Assembly (NCBI RefSeq): GCF_031769215.1
Contig: NW_026782469.1
Coordinates: 62,001 to 126,000, forward strand
Reading direction: 5' to 3'
DNA length: 64,000 nucleotides
Origin: Ylistrum balloti
Lineage: Eukaryota
The notes under the pieces are model-generated. The model made no database searches. It saw only the letters and a list, made by a program, of their open reading frames with translations, and was not told the DNA's origin. Positions 1 to 11,944 of the stretch are shown here, one piece after another (within the stretch, counting starts at the first letter, position 1; every line of letters starts with the position of its first letter). The position numbers were made by a program, and so were the translations under genes.

Positions 1-39
1 TGTTTTTTCCCATTGTTTACGTTTTTTAATTGTTTCGAC

Positions 40-1780
40 GATGGATAGTGCCTTAACGTCGAGGGTCAGCACATGGGTGTTCCCATTTTTACGGAGAACG
101 GGAACCCCATGATGACAGTCCCATTTGCCATATTTGCAGCGAGACTTCGCCATGTGAATTTTGCAGGGGTGCCCAGGGGGTTTCCCCCAGTGGGTTGAGT
201 TAAGAGGCCAGGCGTCCTGTTTCCGGTCATCTTTTCCACCGGGCTCTGGGTATACAGGTGCCTGCGGGCATTCAACCTTAGGCCAGCCTGCGGATAGTTC
301 TGGATACCAGCAGCATCCCAGCAGTTACGGGCCCAGCCCGTACATGTCTGGGTGTCCACCTTGTGGGAGTGGTGCTCCATCCTTGCTTTCGGGAACGGTG
401 GCCAGCCGCAGACTTAGGCGGGCCATGTTGGCCAGTTCTGGGGTCACTCCCGGGCCCGCGGGACCATTCCCATTCCCTCAGGTTTTTGGGTTTAACCCCA
501 TGTGCTAATTCGGCGGGGAGAGGCTTGTCGGCCTGTCCTAAGAAGGTTTGCCGGACCTTTAGGACTTCCGCCTCCCGCGCGGACCCGTTGGTCTCTTAGT
601 CCCAGGGGCTGGCTTCGGGTTTTATACACAAACCAACAGCCACGGCAGTTAGGCGCTCTGCGTCTAAATGCCGTATGGAAGAGCCTCATTCTCTGGAGTT
701 GGCTCCTCCGGTGGCCCCTGCTCCTACCAAGGAGACGTCGGTCGCCATCAAGGAGGAGATGGATTTCGAGGACGCGGCATGGCAGAGGAAGACGATGTTA
801 TTCATCTTTCTCCTGAGTGTTCGGATATTTACCCATCCGAGTCGTCCGATGACGATCCTACCGGTAAGGAGGGTTCCCAGGGCGGAGATGGCCCCGAGGC
901 TGCTGAAGCTGAGGCTCAGCATGCTCTGTCTGGGATGCAGCCCTCCGGGCCACCACCCTTTTAGGTTCCCTGGTGGCCCCTCGGGCATCCGGTCGGTCAG
1001 ATCGATTTCTGCCAGAAGGTACTATCCTGTCTTCAGCTCTTGCCACTGACCGGGCTCGGGTTATGGGAAGAATTCTTCCTCTACCCATGCTCGCGGATTT
1101 GCTGGACTGCAACTCGGCGTTGGTGATCTGTCGGAGGCTTCTTCCAACGACTATGCCACTCATGACGGGCAACTAGCCTCTCAACCAGCTAAGCTGGAAT
1201 CGAGAGAGTTGGTGGCCTGGCCCGTCAAATCGGTGGACCAGGTTGTGTTCGGTGCTAAGGAACATCACAAGATGGAGAGAATGTTGCGTCTGTCCATCTA
1301 GATTCTGTCGAAAATAGACTACCTGACAGTTTGTCTATATATGGTATCCGACTTGCCTGAGGGTTGGGTATCTGAGAGCATCGACGGCCTTGCAAGTATC
1401 TTTGCTCTCCAATGTCGTGTTGACCAGGCGGTTTTCAGTATTGTAAAGCCGTCTGGTTGAGGTACCCTACCTGACTGCACCCTTCACGGGCTCTACCCTG
1501 TCCGGGGGAGCGCTTCCTGATGTACAGAAGAACAAGAAAGAGAACTGGGTCGCCTCAGCACTTCTTGTGAAGAGGTTCCAGACTGAGAAGGCCAGTGCCT
1601 CGCAGGGGTTAGCGCCTCTTAAGAAGAAGGCGAAGTCCTCGGCTGCTCAGCGTTGTGTGCAGTCTTCAGCTCTCTAGCCGCGGCAGACCAAGAGCCGGGT
1701 CGTGGGGACGGCTGTCTTCCTGTCTCAAGCTCTTGTCCTTGTCCCGCAGAATTAGGCTCCGGGTGGGCAAACGATTCGCC
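40..1780 (+). pseudogene. DIRS gag-like ORF1 remnant (frameshifts and stops)
   Basis: Acidic low-complexity stretch (AEEDDVIHLSPECSDIYPSESSDDD), RRYYPV, APFTGSTLSG (DIRS gag P.DG..LFG-like motif) and a basic C-terminal KKKAKSS stretch. The ORF-track fragments 66-1176 are pieces of this. Confidence 0.5.
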
Positions 1781-1814
1781 TGTTTGGCAGGGTCTAACTT
1801 GCCCCATCCGATGC

Positions 1815-2275
1815 TTCCTGTGTGTGTGTGTGGGGGGGGGTGGATCTCTCCGCTTTTCTCCCTCAGTGGCAGAATATCACGGAAGATGCTTTTGCTTTGT
1901 CTGTGGTCAGGTAGGTTCTAGGTATCCCTCTTCTTCGGAATCCGCCCTCGCCGCCCAGCCGATTTTCTGTCCTACTCCGGGGGATGCGGAAAAGGCTCGG
2001 ACGCTCCAGGAAGAAGTATGGACCATGCTTGCCAAGGGCGCGGTAGAGGAGGTTCCTATGTCGGAATGCACTCCCGGCTTCTACTCCAAAATGTTTCTGG
2101 TTCGGAAGAAGTCCGGTGCGTGGCGTCCGATCATAGATCTCAGTGCCTTCAACAGGCACGTAGATTCTCCACACTTCAAGATGGAGACCCCACGGGGTCA
2201 TTATGGCCTCTGTGAGGGACGGAATGTGAAGTAAATCTGAATGATGCCTACTTCCATATCCCCATCAAGAAGTCG
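1815..2275 (+). pseudogene. DIRS reverse transcriptase N-terminal remnant
   Basis: FLPQWQNITEDAFALSVV in one frame, then MLAKGAVEEV..PGFYSKMFLVRKKSGAWRPIIDLSAFNRHVDSPHFKMET, then frameshifted LNDAYFHIPI. These are typical DIRS RT motifs. Confidence 0.88.
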
Positions 2276-2431
2276 GCTGTGCCTCCTCGTTAGCTCCAGG
2301 GCATGTCTTTCCGTACGGCGGCACGTGGGTACACCTGCTCTTACATGGAAAGGTCCCTTCCTACTCTTTGGCACTCTGTTCTTCATCCCTACTACTTTTG
2401 CTGTGTAGTCACCACTACGATAAGATGAATT

Positions 2432-2778
2432 CGCATACTAAAATTATGGTAATCATTACTGAAATGAAATTGAGGTTTTTTCATATAAAGCAAATTTTCA
2501 TGACGTAATACTTACCATAACTTTATGGAGTCCCATCCTAACCTCCCCTCATCCTTATCGGCTTGGCTGCCCCTCTGTGGGGTGCTCCATTAAGGTTATT
2601 AGAGGAAGGGAGATCACTCTATGTTAATGCTGTGATGGCTCATGAATCGTAGGGAGAGCGGGATTATTTGAATCGTTTGTTGTTTGGATACAAAGATGGG
2701 TGTAGGTACCGTATTTGCATACTAAAGTTATAGTAAGTATTACCACATTAAAATTGGTTTTACATGAAAAAACCTCAA
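2432..2778. repeat. DIRS internal complementary region / right terminal repeat (nested inverted repeats)
   Basis: 2469-2525 (ATTGAGGTTTTTTCATATAAAGCAAATTTTCATGACGTAATACTTACCATAACTTTA) is the near reverse complement of 2723-2778. 2437-2459 is also complementary to 2505-2525. Confidence 0.75.
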
Positions 2779-3269
2779 ATGTATGCATAACTCCATTCTT
2801 GGTAACACCCTTCGTGCTAAAACCATCGTTGACATTACATGTGTTGCCTTCCATGTTGACATTTTCTTTGCTATGTCCATCTATTGTGCTTGGTCTTTCA
2901 ATTAGCATAACTGGTAAAAAGTGGTTAATGATACAAAATGCAGAAGTAATGTCTTGCCGTGTTGTTCCCCACGGTATGATTGCAGTCTCTTTCTGTTTCT
3001 TTGTCTTGGCTGCACAAGCCTGTGTAGGTCAACTCTTACCAGTTGGTACCTAGGTTTGGATACAAAGAAACAATTGGCATTTTCAAAACAGACGCCAATG
3101 CAAATATTTGCAATATTTTCTTGAATGATTTTGATTTCAGGATTTTGTGTACCTAATTTCCATAGACGTGTACCTATTCACACACACACATACACACACA
3201 AGCAGCATCACAGTATCAAATTCAAGGTAAACATGGTCAGCTTCCAATGATTTAATTTTAAAAGGCGGC

Positions 3270-3480
3270 ACTGAAAGTTGGTTAAAGTTAAGCTTTAGAT
3301 GATGCAGAAGAATTTAATTTTAAAATGCTTCACTGACAGTTAACTACAGTTAAGCTTTAGATAATGCAGAAGTATTTCATTAGCATAGACTGCACGAACA
3401 GTTAACTAAACATAAGCTTTAGATAATGCAGAAGTATTTAATTATAAAACGGCTGCACTAACAGTTTTCTAAAGTTTAGT
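3270..3480. repeat. 62-bp tandem repeat, about 3.3 copies
   Basis: AAGCTTTAGATRATGCAGAAG recurs at 3290, 3352 and 3414. Confidence 0.8.
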
Positions 3481-3580
3481 TTTGTACAAATTCTTAAAAA
3501 GAATGTAAGAATGTTTGATAAACAACAATTATTACTATAGTTCTTTTTTTAAATTCTAACATTTTTTTTATACTTAATGC

Positions 3581-4824
3581 TTTTTAAGTCATTTAACCCG
3601 AAAGGTCAGGATGACCAATAACCATCTTGTTTCGTCCGTCGCCCAGCGGCATCAGCTGTGTGCCGCGCCTTAACTTTCCATTTCAATGATTTCGTCAATA
3701 ATCAAAAGACACCCATGGTGTATAATCCTAGGATAAAGGGTTACAATGTTTTGTAATACGAATGACTTTGACCTACTTTCAAGGTTACAGTGTCCAAATG
3801 TGTTTAATATTTAAGCGACGTCTCAATTATCATGGTCAATGGTGATATTATTGATTCTGTAGCATGAAGGGATAAAGTGCTATCAAGAGTAATAAAACGA
3901 ATGACCGTGACCTATTTTCAAGGTCAAAGTGATAAAGTTTGTTGAAATATCTAAATGTCATAATAACAACAAATTTCCTGGGTACTGATATTGGTCATGT
4001 AGCTTGACGGCACAAAGGGCTAACACGTGTGTCCTTATAATTGACTCTGATCCACTTTCACGATCACATGTGTTAAAGACTTCTCAATAACCAAAATGCC
4101 CAGGGTGCCTAGATTAGGTTTGTGGCCAGCAAGGATGAAGGACTATCAAGTTTGTTCATACTACCCACATTCGGAGCCACAAGTATCTCATATTTGTTAA
4201 AGATATTTAAGCAACCTCTCAGTCACCATAAGGTTCCATGGTGCTGATGTTGGGCCCTGCTGCATGCTGTTATAAAGGGCTACCAATTTTGATCAAATGA
4301 GTAACCCTGACCAATTTTAAAGGTCACACAAATGTGTAAAATCTTTAAATGACTTCTCAATAAGAAAAAGACCCAGAGTGATGATAATCGGCCCATAGCA
4401 CGCTGGGGTCAAGGGCTACCCAGTTTGATAATATTATTGACCTTTACATTTTTCAAGGTCACATGTGTCACATATGCTTAATACTTTTTAATAACAAAAG
4501 GTCCAGACTGTTTATTGGTTCTTTAATATAAGTGGATGAAGGGCTATTGAATTGTTCAAATAATTCTCAATAACCTATATTGAAGATCTCTTGTGTTAAA
4601 TGAATTGAGATCTTATAAATTTTCTTTTCCAACAACGATAGGTTCGGAGTTATGACATTTGTGTGGTAGTAAGTATAAAGAATTTGAATTCAAGTCTACA
4701 GAAAATGTTTTTATGAAACAACAATGTCCTATTTGTAAGCTGTAGAGTATTTGGGCAATTTATTTAAGGCCTATTTGGCCTATTTCATATATCGATGACC
4801 GTTCAAGCCTGTGAGCATCTTGTT
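3581..4824 (+). mobile_element. Non-autonomous Helentron/HINE-like element with degenerate internal tandem repeats
   Basis: T-rich 5' start followed by GTCCGTCG. Repeated TGACC(T)..TTTCAAGGTCA cores. 3' end GACCGTTCAAGCCTGTGAGCATCTTGTT resembles the bivalve HINE terminal GGCC..GGGCCTCTTGTT hairpin. Confidence 0.7.
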
Positions 4825-5319
4825 TATCTAAAAAGTGATTGTGCACTCCGAGGGATCATGTGAAATGCTAATGAAGACAGCAATTTCAAGAGACTAGTTA
4901 TATTGTAATTCTCTGAGGCAGCTAGTTTATAAGGTGACTGTTATTTCATTTAAATTAAATGATAAAACAGTATCTTAGTTCTCGTTTAAGTGTATCATTA
5001 GACTTACATTCAAATGTATATCATTTATTGCCGCATTTACATGAGCTCTAGATGTGAACTGATGACCGGGGAAGGCCAGGATTTTATAAAACTTCTTTCC
5101 AGTCTTAGTTCCTGAGCTCAGGCAAATGTATAGCTAAGATTATCATGATTAATCTCCCAAGGAATTGTTAGTATTCAAATAAAGAACTTTATTTCAACTA
5201 CATTAAAACTAAGAACCGATAACGGTTTTAATGTACCTGTCTGTACATACAATTACCATATTATTATTGGAATACATGTAGTAATGACAACTCGTGCATT
5301 TTTGAGTAAACAAACATTT

Positions 5320-5650
5320 GCTCGGTTGCTCCTGATATCCTGTCTGTTGTATTGGATTGTTCACATGACATATCACAGGAACTGTTGCTCCAGATATCCT
5401 GTCTGTTGTATAAGGCGTTTTGCCTGAAAATTTAAGTGGAAATACTGCTCCTGATATGTTGTATTGGACAATTTGTATAACAAATTGGACAATTTGTATA
5501 ACATATAACAAGTTTCTCCAGATGTCCTGTTTGTTGTGATGGACATTTTGCCTGACAGGAACAGTTGCTCTTGATATTGGTAATGGAGATTTATCTAACA
5601 TTAAGAGGATCGGTTGCTCCGGAGATCCTGCTTTCATAACATATAACAGG
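5320..5650. repeat. Degenerate minisatellite, about 50-65-bp unit, about 6 copies
   Basis: The core GTTGCTCCWGATATCCTG recurs near 5326, 5384, 5446, 5513, 5565 and 5614. It explains the minus-strand ORF 5209-5700. Confidence 0.65.
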
Positions 5651-5658
5651 ATCGATCG

Positions 5659-6290
5659 CTTGACAACATCTTTGTTGAGTTTGGTGGTGAGATCTTCCAA
5701 CAGACTATTGACATATCTATGGGAACCAACGGCGCCACTCTGTTGGTTGACTTGTTTCTGTTTTGATACAAGTCTAAATTTATCGAAGAGTATACCAAAA
5801 TCGTTTCATTTCACCTTCAGATATATTGATGACGTCTTGTGATTAATTAACAAGAAATGTATTGACTGTGTCAATCGTATATTTCCACCAGAAATGGAAA
5901 TCAATAATACGACGAATTCCTCTTCATCTGCTGCTAATCACAATCTCTTCCTACCAATAAACCAATCGCTTTCCATCACGTTGTATGATAAACCTTCAAT
6001 TTCCCTATTCCTATTGTGAATTTTCCATTCTGGATAGCAATATCCTGCATCTATAACCTATGTTATTAACATGGCACAGCTGATTCGGTATTCAAGGGCC
6101 AGTTCCCATTATCACGAATTTCGTAAAAGAAGTCGTCAACTGACTGACAAACACGTAACACAAGGATTCAAAAATGCAGGTTGATGAAAATTACGCGGAA
6201 GTTTTATGGTCGCCACAGTGATTTCGTTGAGAAATATTCTAATTCTATGTCCGACATGAAGCTGGACGTATTTAATGCTTGTTAGTTTAC
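5659..6290 (+). pseudogene. Penelope-like element (Naiad/Chlamys-type) RT C-terminal half, 5'-truncated
   Basis: LDNIFVEFGGEIFQQTIDISMGTNGATLLVDLFL, FTFRYIDDVL, IFPPEMEI, LYDK, VNFPF, QLIRYSRASSHY..F, with frameshifts. These match the GIPMGTNCAP / RYIDD / SQLIRYARACS motifs of this clade. Confidence 0.85.
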
Positions 6291-7259
6291 CTGTTGGTTC
6301 CGTTGTTGGATACCTTGTTCTCATTTGAAAACGTGACATTACTTACTTAGACTGACCAAGATCTACATGGCGGGTGTCGTCGATGAAACAGAAGACGCTT
6401 ACTCTTCCGGAACAAATGGTCTGATTCCCTGTGTTCTTTTTTAGCAGGAATATCGATTTAATTGTTTCTTTTGTTCTTATTTTGCCATAGTTCTATGGAA
6501 CTTGAATTTGTATTTCGATTATGTTGTCATGTTGGCATTTTCTTGATTTTTCAAAGATTATTTTGTGATATTGCAATGATAATCAATTTGCTTTTAATCA
6601 CCCATGGTAAGATGTAATAAGCGATAGGTATCGTAGACATCAACGAACATGCTTGCCTAACCTAAAACGTTTACATGTTACAGTTAACAAGATTCAATTT
6701 CATAACTTCTGTGCGTGATGTCGACAGCTGACAATTTATATCATAGGGTTTCGGAAGATACAAGTTCATTGTATTGTTTCTTTTGCAATATAACATTGGA
6801 CGTGTTGGAATTATTTTAAGGTACCTGAATGTGCAATTGTCCTCATTTGGATCGTGACATTGATTGCGTAAATTGACGGAGATATACATGATGGTTGTTA
6901 TCGTGGACACGAATGACATTACCCTAGAACAACTAGTCTAATTCCCTTTGTACTTTAATGGGATATTAGTAAATATATTTCGTCTGACAATATTTTACCA
7001 TACATTCAACGCACTAAAGTTTGAATTTGAATTTCTTTTTACATAACGGCATTTCCTTTGCTGTTGGTGATTTGAATGTTCAACAAAATATAACAAAAAT
7101 GCACATTGTGTGTTATAGAATGCTATCGCATTTTATTAAATGACGTACATATACAAATATACTGATACACATTTCATGACAAGTTATTCAAACAATGACA
7201 TAATATTCACTATGTATATACACACAATGTTAAAAATGATGTTTGTTATCCAACCAGAC

Positions 7260-9272
7260 GTTCAGCAAGAACAACTTTATTGAAACCCGTTATTCTCTCT
7301 TTCTGTCTTCCATATAACACGAAAGAAATAATCATCTAATTAATTCAGCATTAATCATATTAATATGATAAGTCAACGAAAGCAAATTTCAGATTCAACT
7401 TATATACGCTATGGTTGAAAAACAGACTTCATACAAATGATATACATAAAGTCATACATAATATATGTATATATAGATATATACATTGTATATCAATAGA
7501 CGGGACTGTTATAAAGGTATGTTGTTGTAGTTAAGGTAACTACCTAAGCTAATTATGAGTAATTACTTATTTCATGCGTTAAAAATCAGTTATTTTACCA
7601 AAATAATCTGTAGATTAAAATTATTGATGTTTCACAATTTTGCTTAGTCATCTTTTTCTTAAAAATCAGATAAGTCACATGTTATATCGTCTTACAATAT
7701 TTTGAAAATCAAATTTATTTTTTTTATATTCCATTTTGAAATGGCAGCTTATCAACAGTTTACAAATATATGATTTTAGGAAAGAAATTATGTTGTAATT
7801 TCCTCAGCACTATTGGAACTGTTATTTACATATAACATCAAAAAAACGGGTACATAAAATGATCTATATGATAACACTACTAATAATAATATTCTTTTGT
7901 CAATGAACTCTAAAGGGTAATGAAACAGTGAACATAGACCGTGCTGAAAAATAGTATTCTTTTGACAATAGGTTGCCTAAACTTATCAACATATATCTGA
8001 AAGATGAACCAAAAGAATCTAACTTTCGTCTTCAAAACGTCAACATTTTGTAAATAATATAAAAGAATTATTTTTTTGGGAAATTATTATCATTATAAAC
8101 AAATGTATATTATCCTGAACTCAACATTTATGTTGAAGATATCCAAATATCAGATTGGATATTTTTTACTTTTCGGTGAACGTTACGACTATAAATGCAT
8201 TGATATACCCTTTTCATCGTACTATAATGTCTGAATAATACCAATTTTTTTTCAAATAAGGATATGAAAGGAAAAAAATAAACTTCCGTAAAGAAAAAGT
8301 TAAAAGATTATCGATTCCCACTAAAGGCTACATACAGATTTGTCAGTTTAGTTATTTGAACCATGTTGCTAGCATTGTTTGACATTTATTTTGTGTCATT
8401 TTTTTCTGAATAGCATACATTTAGTTGATACTTGGAATAAAGACGATACCCTAGACAAACACAACAAACAACAGATTATCAGTATCGGAACATCAGAATT
8501 GCGGAAAGTTAGTAATTTTTTTCATGAGTATTCACTTAAAACAGCTTTATATTAAGGAATTCATACTTCATTCATAAGGTTCTGACTTACTGAAGTGAAA
8601 ATGGTCGGTCTAAATGATTCTACAATTCCGCAAAAGCAACACTAAAAGTAAAGCAAAATAGCATTTGATAAGAGGTAGAGTATCAAGTGGATCTGAGCTA
8701 GAATTTAGTTATATTTGAAATTAACGTTATTTTCTTTTTTAGCGAACACACAAGTTCACATACAATGACCGGAGATGACAAGAAATATTTCAAAATACTG
8801 CAATCTGTGTATTTAAATCAATCAGCTACATGCAATACACGTGTTTTCGTTAATTCATTTAAAATAGACTATAATATGTATACTGGAATGTTACTTGGGT
8901 GGGAATGTACTTTCTTGATATATGAGATAAAATACACAAAATAAAACTTTAAAACGAAAACGTTTTTGGCTGTTTCCAACTATATTTGTTAAAAAATTAT
9001 TTGAGTAGTTCAATCTTACATAGAAGCCCAACAAAATTATACAGAAAAAAGTGCCTAATTTCATACGATAATTTGGTGACAATTTTTAATAAAATGCTTC
9101 TGAATTCCTGAAAGAATAGCAAAATGTTCGGTTTAACATATGAGTCATTCGAAAATGACATTTTTGCATTGCTTTGGTTTTCGCATGTTGCTAATATAAT
9201 TGAAATCAGGAAAACTGAATTCCACTATGTCAGCCTTGAGTGAGAGCCCGCTCTGTAGTTTCCTCTGATACT
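7260..9272 (-). other. Candidate terminal 3'UTR exon of the vWA gene
   Basis: Strong acceptor TTTGCTTTTTGTTTCAG|AGTATC at 9272. Candidate AATAAA at 7281-7276; the 3' end is uncertain. Confidence 0.4.
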
Positions 9273-10074
9273 CTGAAACAAAAAGCAAAGGCAAATTTAC
9301 TATCGATACACCACTGTTGAATCATTAATGCTAGGTGCAAATGTGCGAATTCACACATACAATTTATGACATAAAAAATAGATGTTTAAGCCAGATAACT
9401 CTTTCAACTGTTGACAGGTATTTACGACATTATATCATGTTTTAAGGATGATATCTTCAATGTTATTTATTGGCTTAACCTAGAAATTATTGTTCATGAT
9501 AGGTTGATAAGATACTTAATGATATATTTTCAGCATTTATGTTTTGTATCCTGCGCTTCGGTTTATTACAAATAATGTTGACAAAGTGTTATGATGGACA
9601 GGCAAACATCACATGTAAGCCATTTACATTTTGTGTTTTCATTAAACGAAGTACACCAAAGAAATTTAAGCTATCGAAAATGTCAACTTCGATGATAATG
9701 TTCTGTTGATTACTTCAGGAAACAAGACAAAAACCTCAGTCATATTTTGCCTAGTATCCACTATCAACATGATACATGTATTTTGATGTTCGTACATGCA
9801 ACATGGTTTTAGATTATGTTACTGGGACTTTCTAAAGGTCTGAGAAACTGTTGGGGTTTTTTACCGGCTAAATAGAAAATAGGAAATATTGTACAAAAGA
9901 CTCAGCTATTGAAGACTCTTTTCAAAATACATTCAGGAGATACAGTAAAACCAAACAATAAAACAAACTGAATTATAAAGATGCCTCTTTTTATTCTTCA
10001 AACCCAAGCCTTACGGTATGAAAACAAAATGTATATCAGTAGACGACGTTCATGATAGGCGGTTAGGTCATACC

Positions 10075-10256
10075 TTAGACTCTTGGTCCTAGTCGTAAGC
10101 GGTCAAATGGGATGCTGTTTCGATCATTTCCACAGACACGAGAAGCCAGTTGTAAGCGGATATTCTGTAGGGCGTTCAGATCGTCCACCCTGAATACATT
10201 GTCCGATTCGGTCGCCATCATACGTAACTCAGATTCGTCAATTGCTTCGCCGACCC
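10075..10256 (-). CDS. vWA gene last coding exon (end of vWA3 plus basic tail and stop)
   Basis: Acceptor CATTTCAG|, phase 1. Encodes GVGEAIDESELRMMATESDNVFRVDDLNALQNIRLQLASRVCGNDRNSIPFDRLRLGPRV*. Confidence 0.9.
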
Positions 10257-10620
10257 CTGAAATGCACAATTTAGTCACATATAATTTCGGTAATATTTAT
10301 AACAATATCGTGATATTCTTAAATCATACAATATGTAAATACGATATCACTGTGTATATCCAATATGGCAGATAATAAGACAATAAGATAATATTACATG
10401 ACAGTACGGTAGCTATATTTGTCAGCTATATGCCAACCCACAATGGAAGAAGCGATTCATATACAAACGTTTTAATACTTTTTAACATATCGTGCGTAAT
10501 GTGACCTCTTGTTTCGATCACATGAGGTCAATCACTCATAGATTACAACAGACTACCGAGCCGTATTGTTTGGAAAATAAATGATTTCGTTGAAAAAATT
10601 TGTAGTTTCATTTCCATTTA

Positions 10621-10795
10621 CAGTCGGATCTCGCTATCTCGAACTCAGCGGAACCATAGGAAAATTTCGAGATAACCGAGTATTCGGTTTTGTGAGTTCA
10701 AATGTTTTGTATAAAGTCAGACAAGGACTGACGAAATGCTTAGAATTAGTCAGGATCTTTGAGTTACACGAGTTTGATATAACAAGATTCGACTG
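10621..10795. mobile_element. Tc1/mariner (Tigger-like) MITE, 175 bp, intronic
   Basis: TIRs CAGTCGGATCTCGCTATCTCGAACTC and GAGTTTGATATAACAAGATTCGACTG. TA on both sides (10619-20, 10796-97). Confidence 0.85.
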
Positions 10796-10934
10796 TATAT
10801 GCTATTTATGAAATTTGTAGCATTGTTGATCCAACATTTTTTTGAGCCTTGAACATTCATAGACTTTTGCAATCGTCTATTCAATGGAAACTTATCTAAG
10901 ATCCTTCACGTATGAAGCAAAATTGCAAACTCAC

Positions 10935-11369
10935 CAATAGCGAAAACAGTTGCTGACATTCTATGAAGTCGTGCAGTCTGGTCGGCGAGAGAGTATGGGT
11001 CTGTCGATTTCCCGTCGGTAATGATAATGATGACTTTCATTACTCCTGGGCGAGCTCCGTTTTCCTGTGTTAGGACGTCTTCCACAAGAGTCCTGATAGC
11101 TCTATCAGTGTAAGTATTACCATAAGTGTATTTAACACCAAGCAGACCCTGTTCCACTCCAAACCTTGTGTTGTAACTGTTAAGAAAGAACTCGACTTTA
11201 GGATCATCGCTAAATGTCATGACACCAACTTGGGCAGATCCAGAATCGATGTCGATTTCATCCAGGAAGTCATTCACAAAAACAAGCTCTTTGTTGAAGT
11301 TGGTCTGGGTTTGAAGACTGGTGCTCTTGTCGAGCAGGAAGACGACGTCCAAATCTCTGTATTGACAAT
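10935..11369 (-). CDS. vWA gene exon: vWA3 N-terminal part
   Basis: CTGTTTCAG| ... |GTGAGT, 435 nt, phase 1-1. Encodes DCQYRDLDVVFLLDKSTS...GNTYTDRAI...IIITDGKS...VFAIG. Confidence 0.93.
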
Positions 11370-11899
11370 CTGAAACAGCGACGTCAATAATACATTCTTC
11401 AGGTTCAGAGGATGAAATTGACAAGTTTGTGTATCGTCCAGTCAAAGGTAGAACGCTGAATAAACTTGGAAGCGTTTTTGTTAATTATTGCAAACATATA
11501 TTATTATCTAATAAGTTAAATTGTATAATAAATTGTTCAGCTATTTCTATTATGAAAAGACATGGGCCTTATTTTGCTGAAGAGAAAACACAGTGCTAAA
11601 TTATCTTAGAAAGTACTATACTTATTTATGGAATGGTTGAACAATTTATTAGAATAATGACAACGTACAGTTAAGATCACAGATTACGACGAAGCACTTT
11701 AAAGATCATATCTTTTCCCAGCTGCTTTGTTATAATGAACTTTTTGCAAAGAGTTGTCCACCTTCCACCATCTCATGCATATAAAGATATCTTTTATTTT
11801 CGTCGCATGTATTAACTTACAGCTAATTTATTAGTTTATCAAATTAGTTAAGTTTGTACAAAAATCGTATTAGCACCTTATTTGATGCCCCCAACGTAC

Positions 11900-11944
11900 C
11901 TTTGATTGGAGCTGGTGTAGGTCTTCGGGTTGGCCTTACCACGG
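11900..11944 (-). CDS. vWA gene exon: Pro/Thr/Arg linker
   Basis: TATAATTTCAG| ... |GTACGT, 45 nt, phase 1-1. Encodes PVVRPTRRPTPAPIK. Not in the ORF track. Confidence 0.85.

Larger units (their letters stand above)
1..2780 (+). mobile_element. DIRS1-like tyrosine-recombinase retrotransposon, degenerate and internally deleted; 5' end probably outside the window
   Basis: GC-rich block with gag-like, RT and terminal-repeat signatures in DIRS order. RT homology stops near 2280 and the terminal inverted repeats follow by 2430, so most of RT/RNaseH/methyltransferase/YR is missing. Confidence 0.85.

Noticed and set aside
66-1807. Many overlapping 60-125-aa ORFs on both strands
   Set aside because: They are by-products of the GC-rich, frameshifted DIRS gag region.
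5058-5115. CTGATGA hammerhead-like core
   Set aside because: There is no GAAA or proper stem II/III downstream.
5209-5700. 163-aa minus-strand ORF
   Set aside because: It is the translation of a degenerate minisatellite plus the antisense of the PLE RT.
9195-9230. KADIVEF resembling the vWA beta-A strand (ADIVF) as a fourth domain
   Set aside because: No DxSxS or other vWA motif follows; it is kept only as part of the 3'UTR-intron finding.
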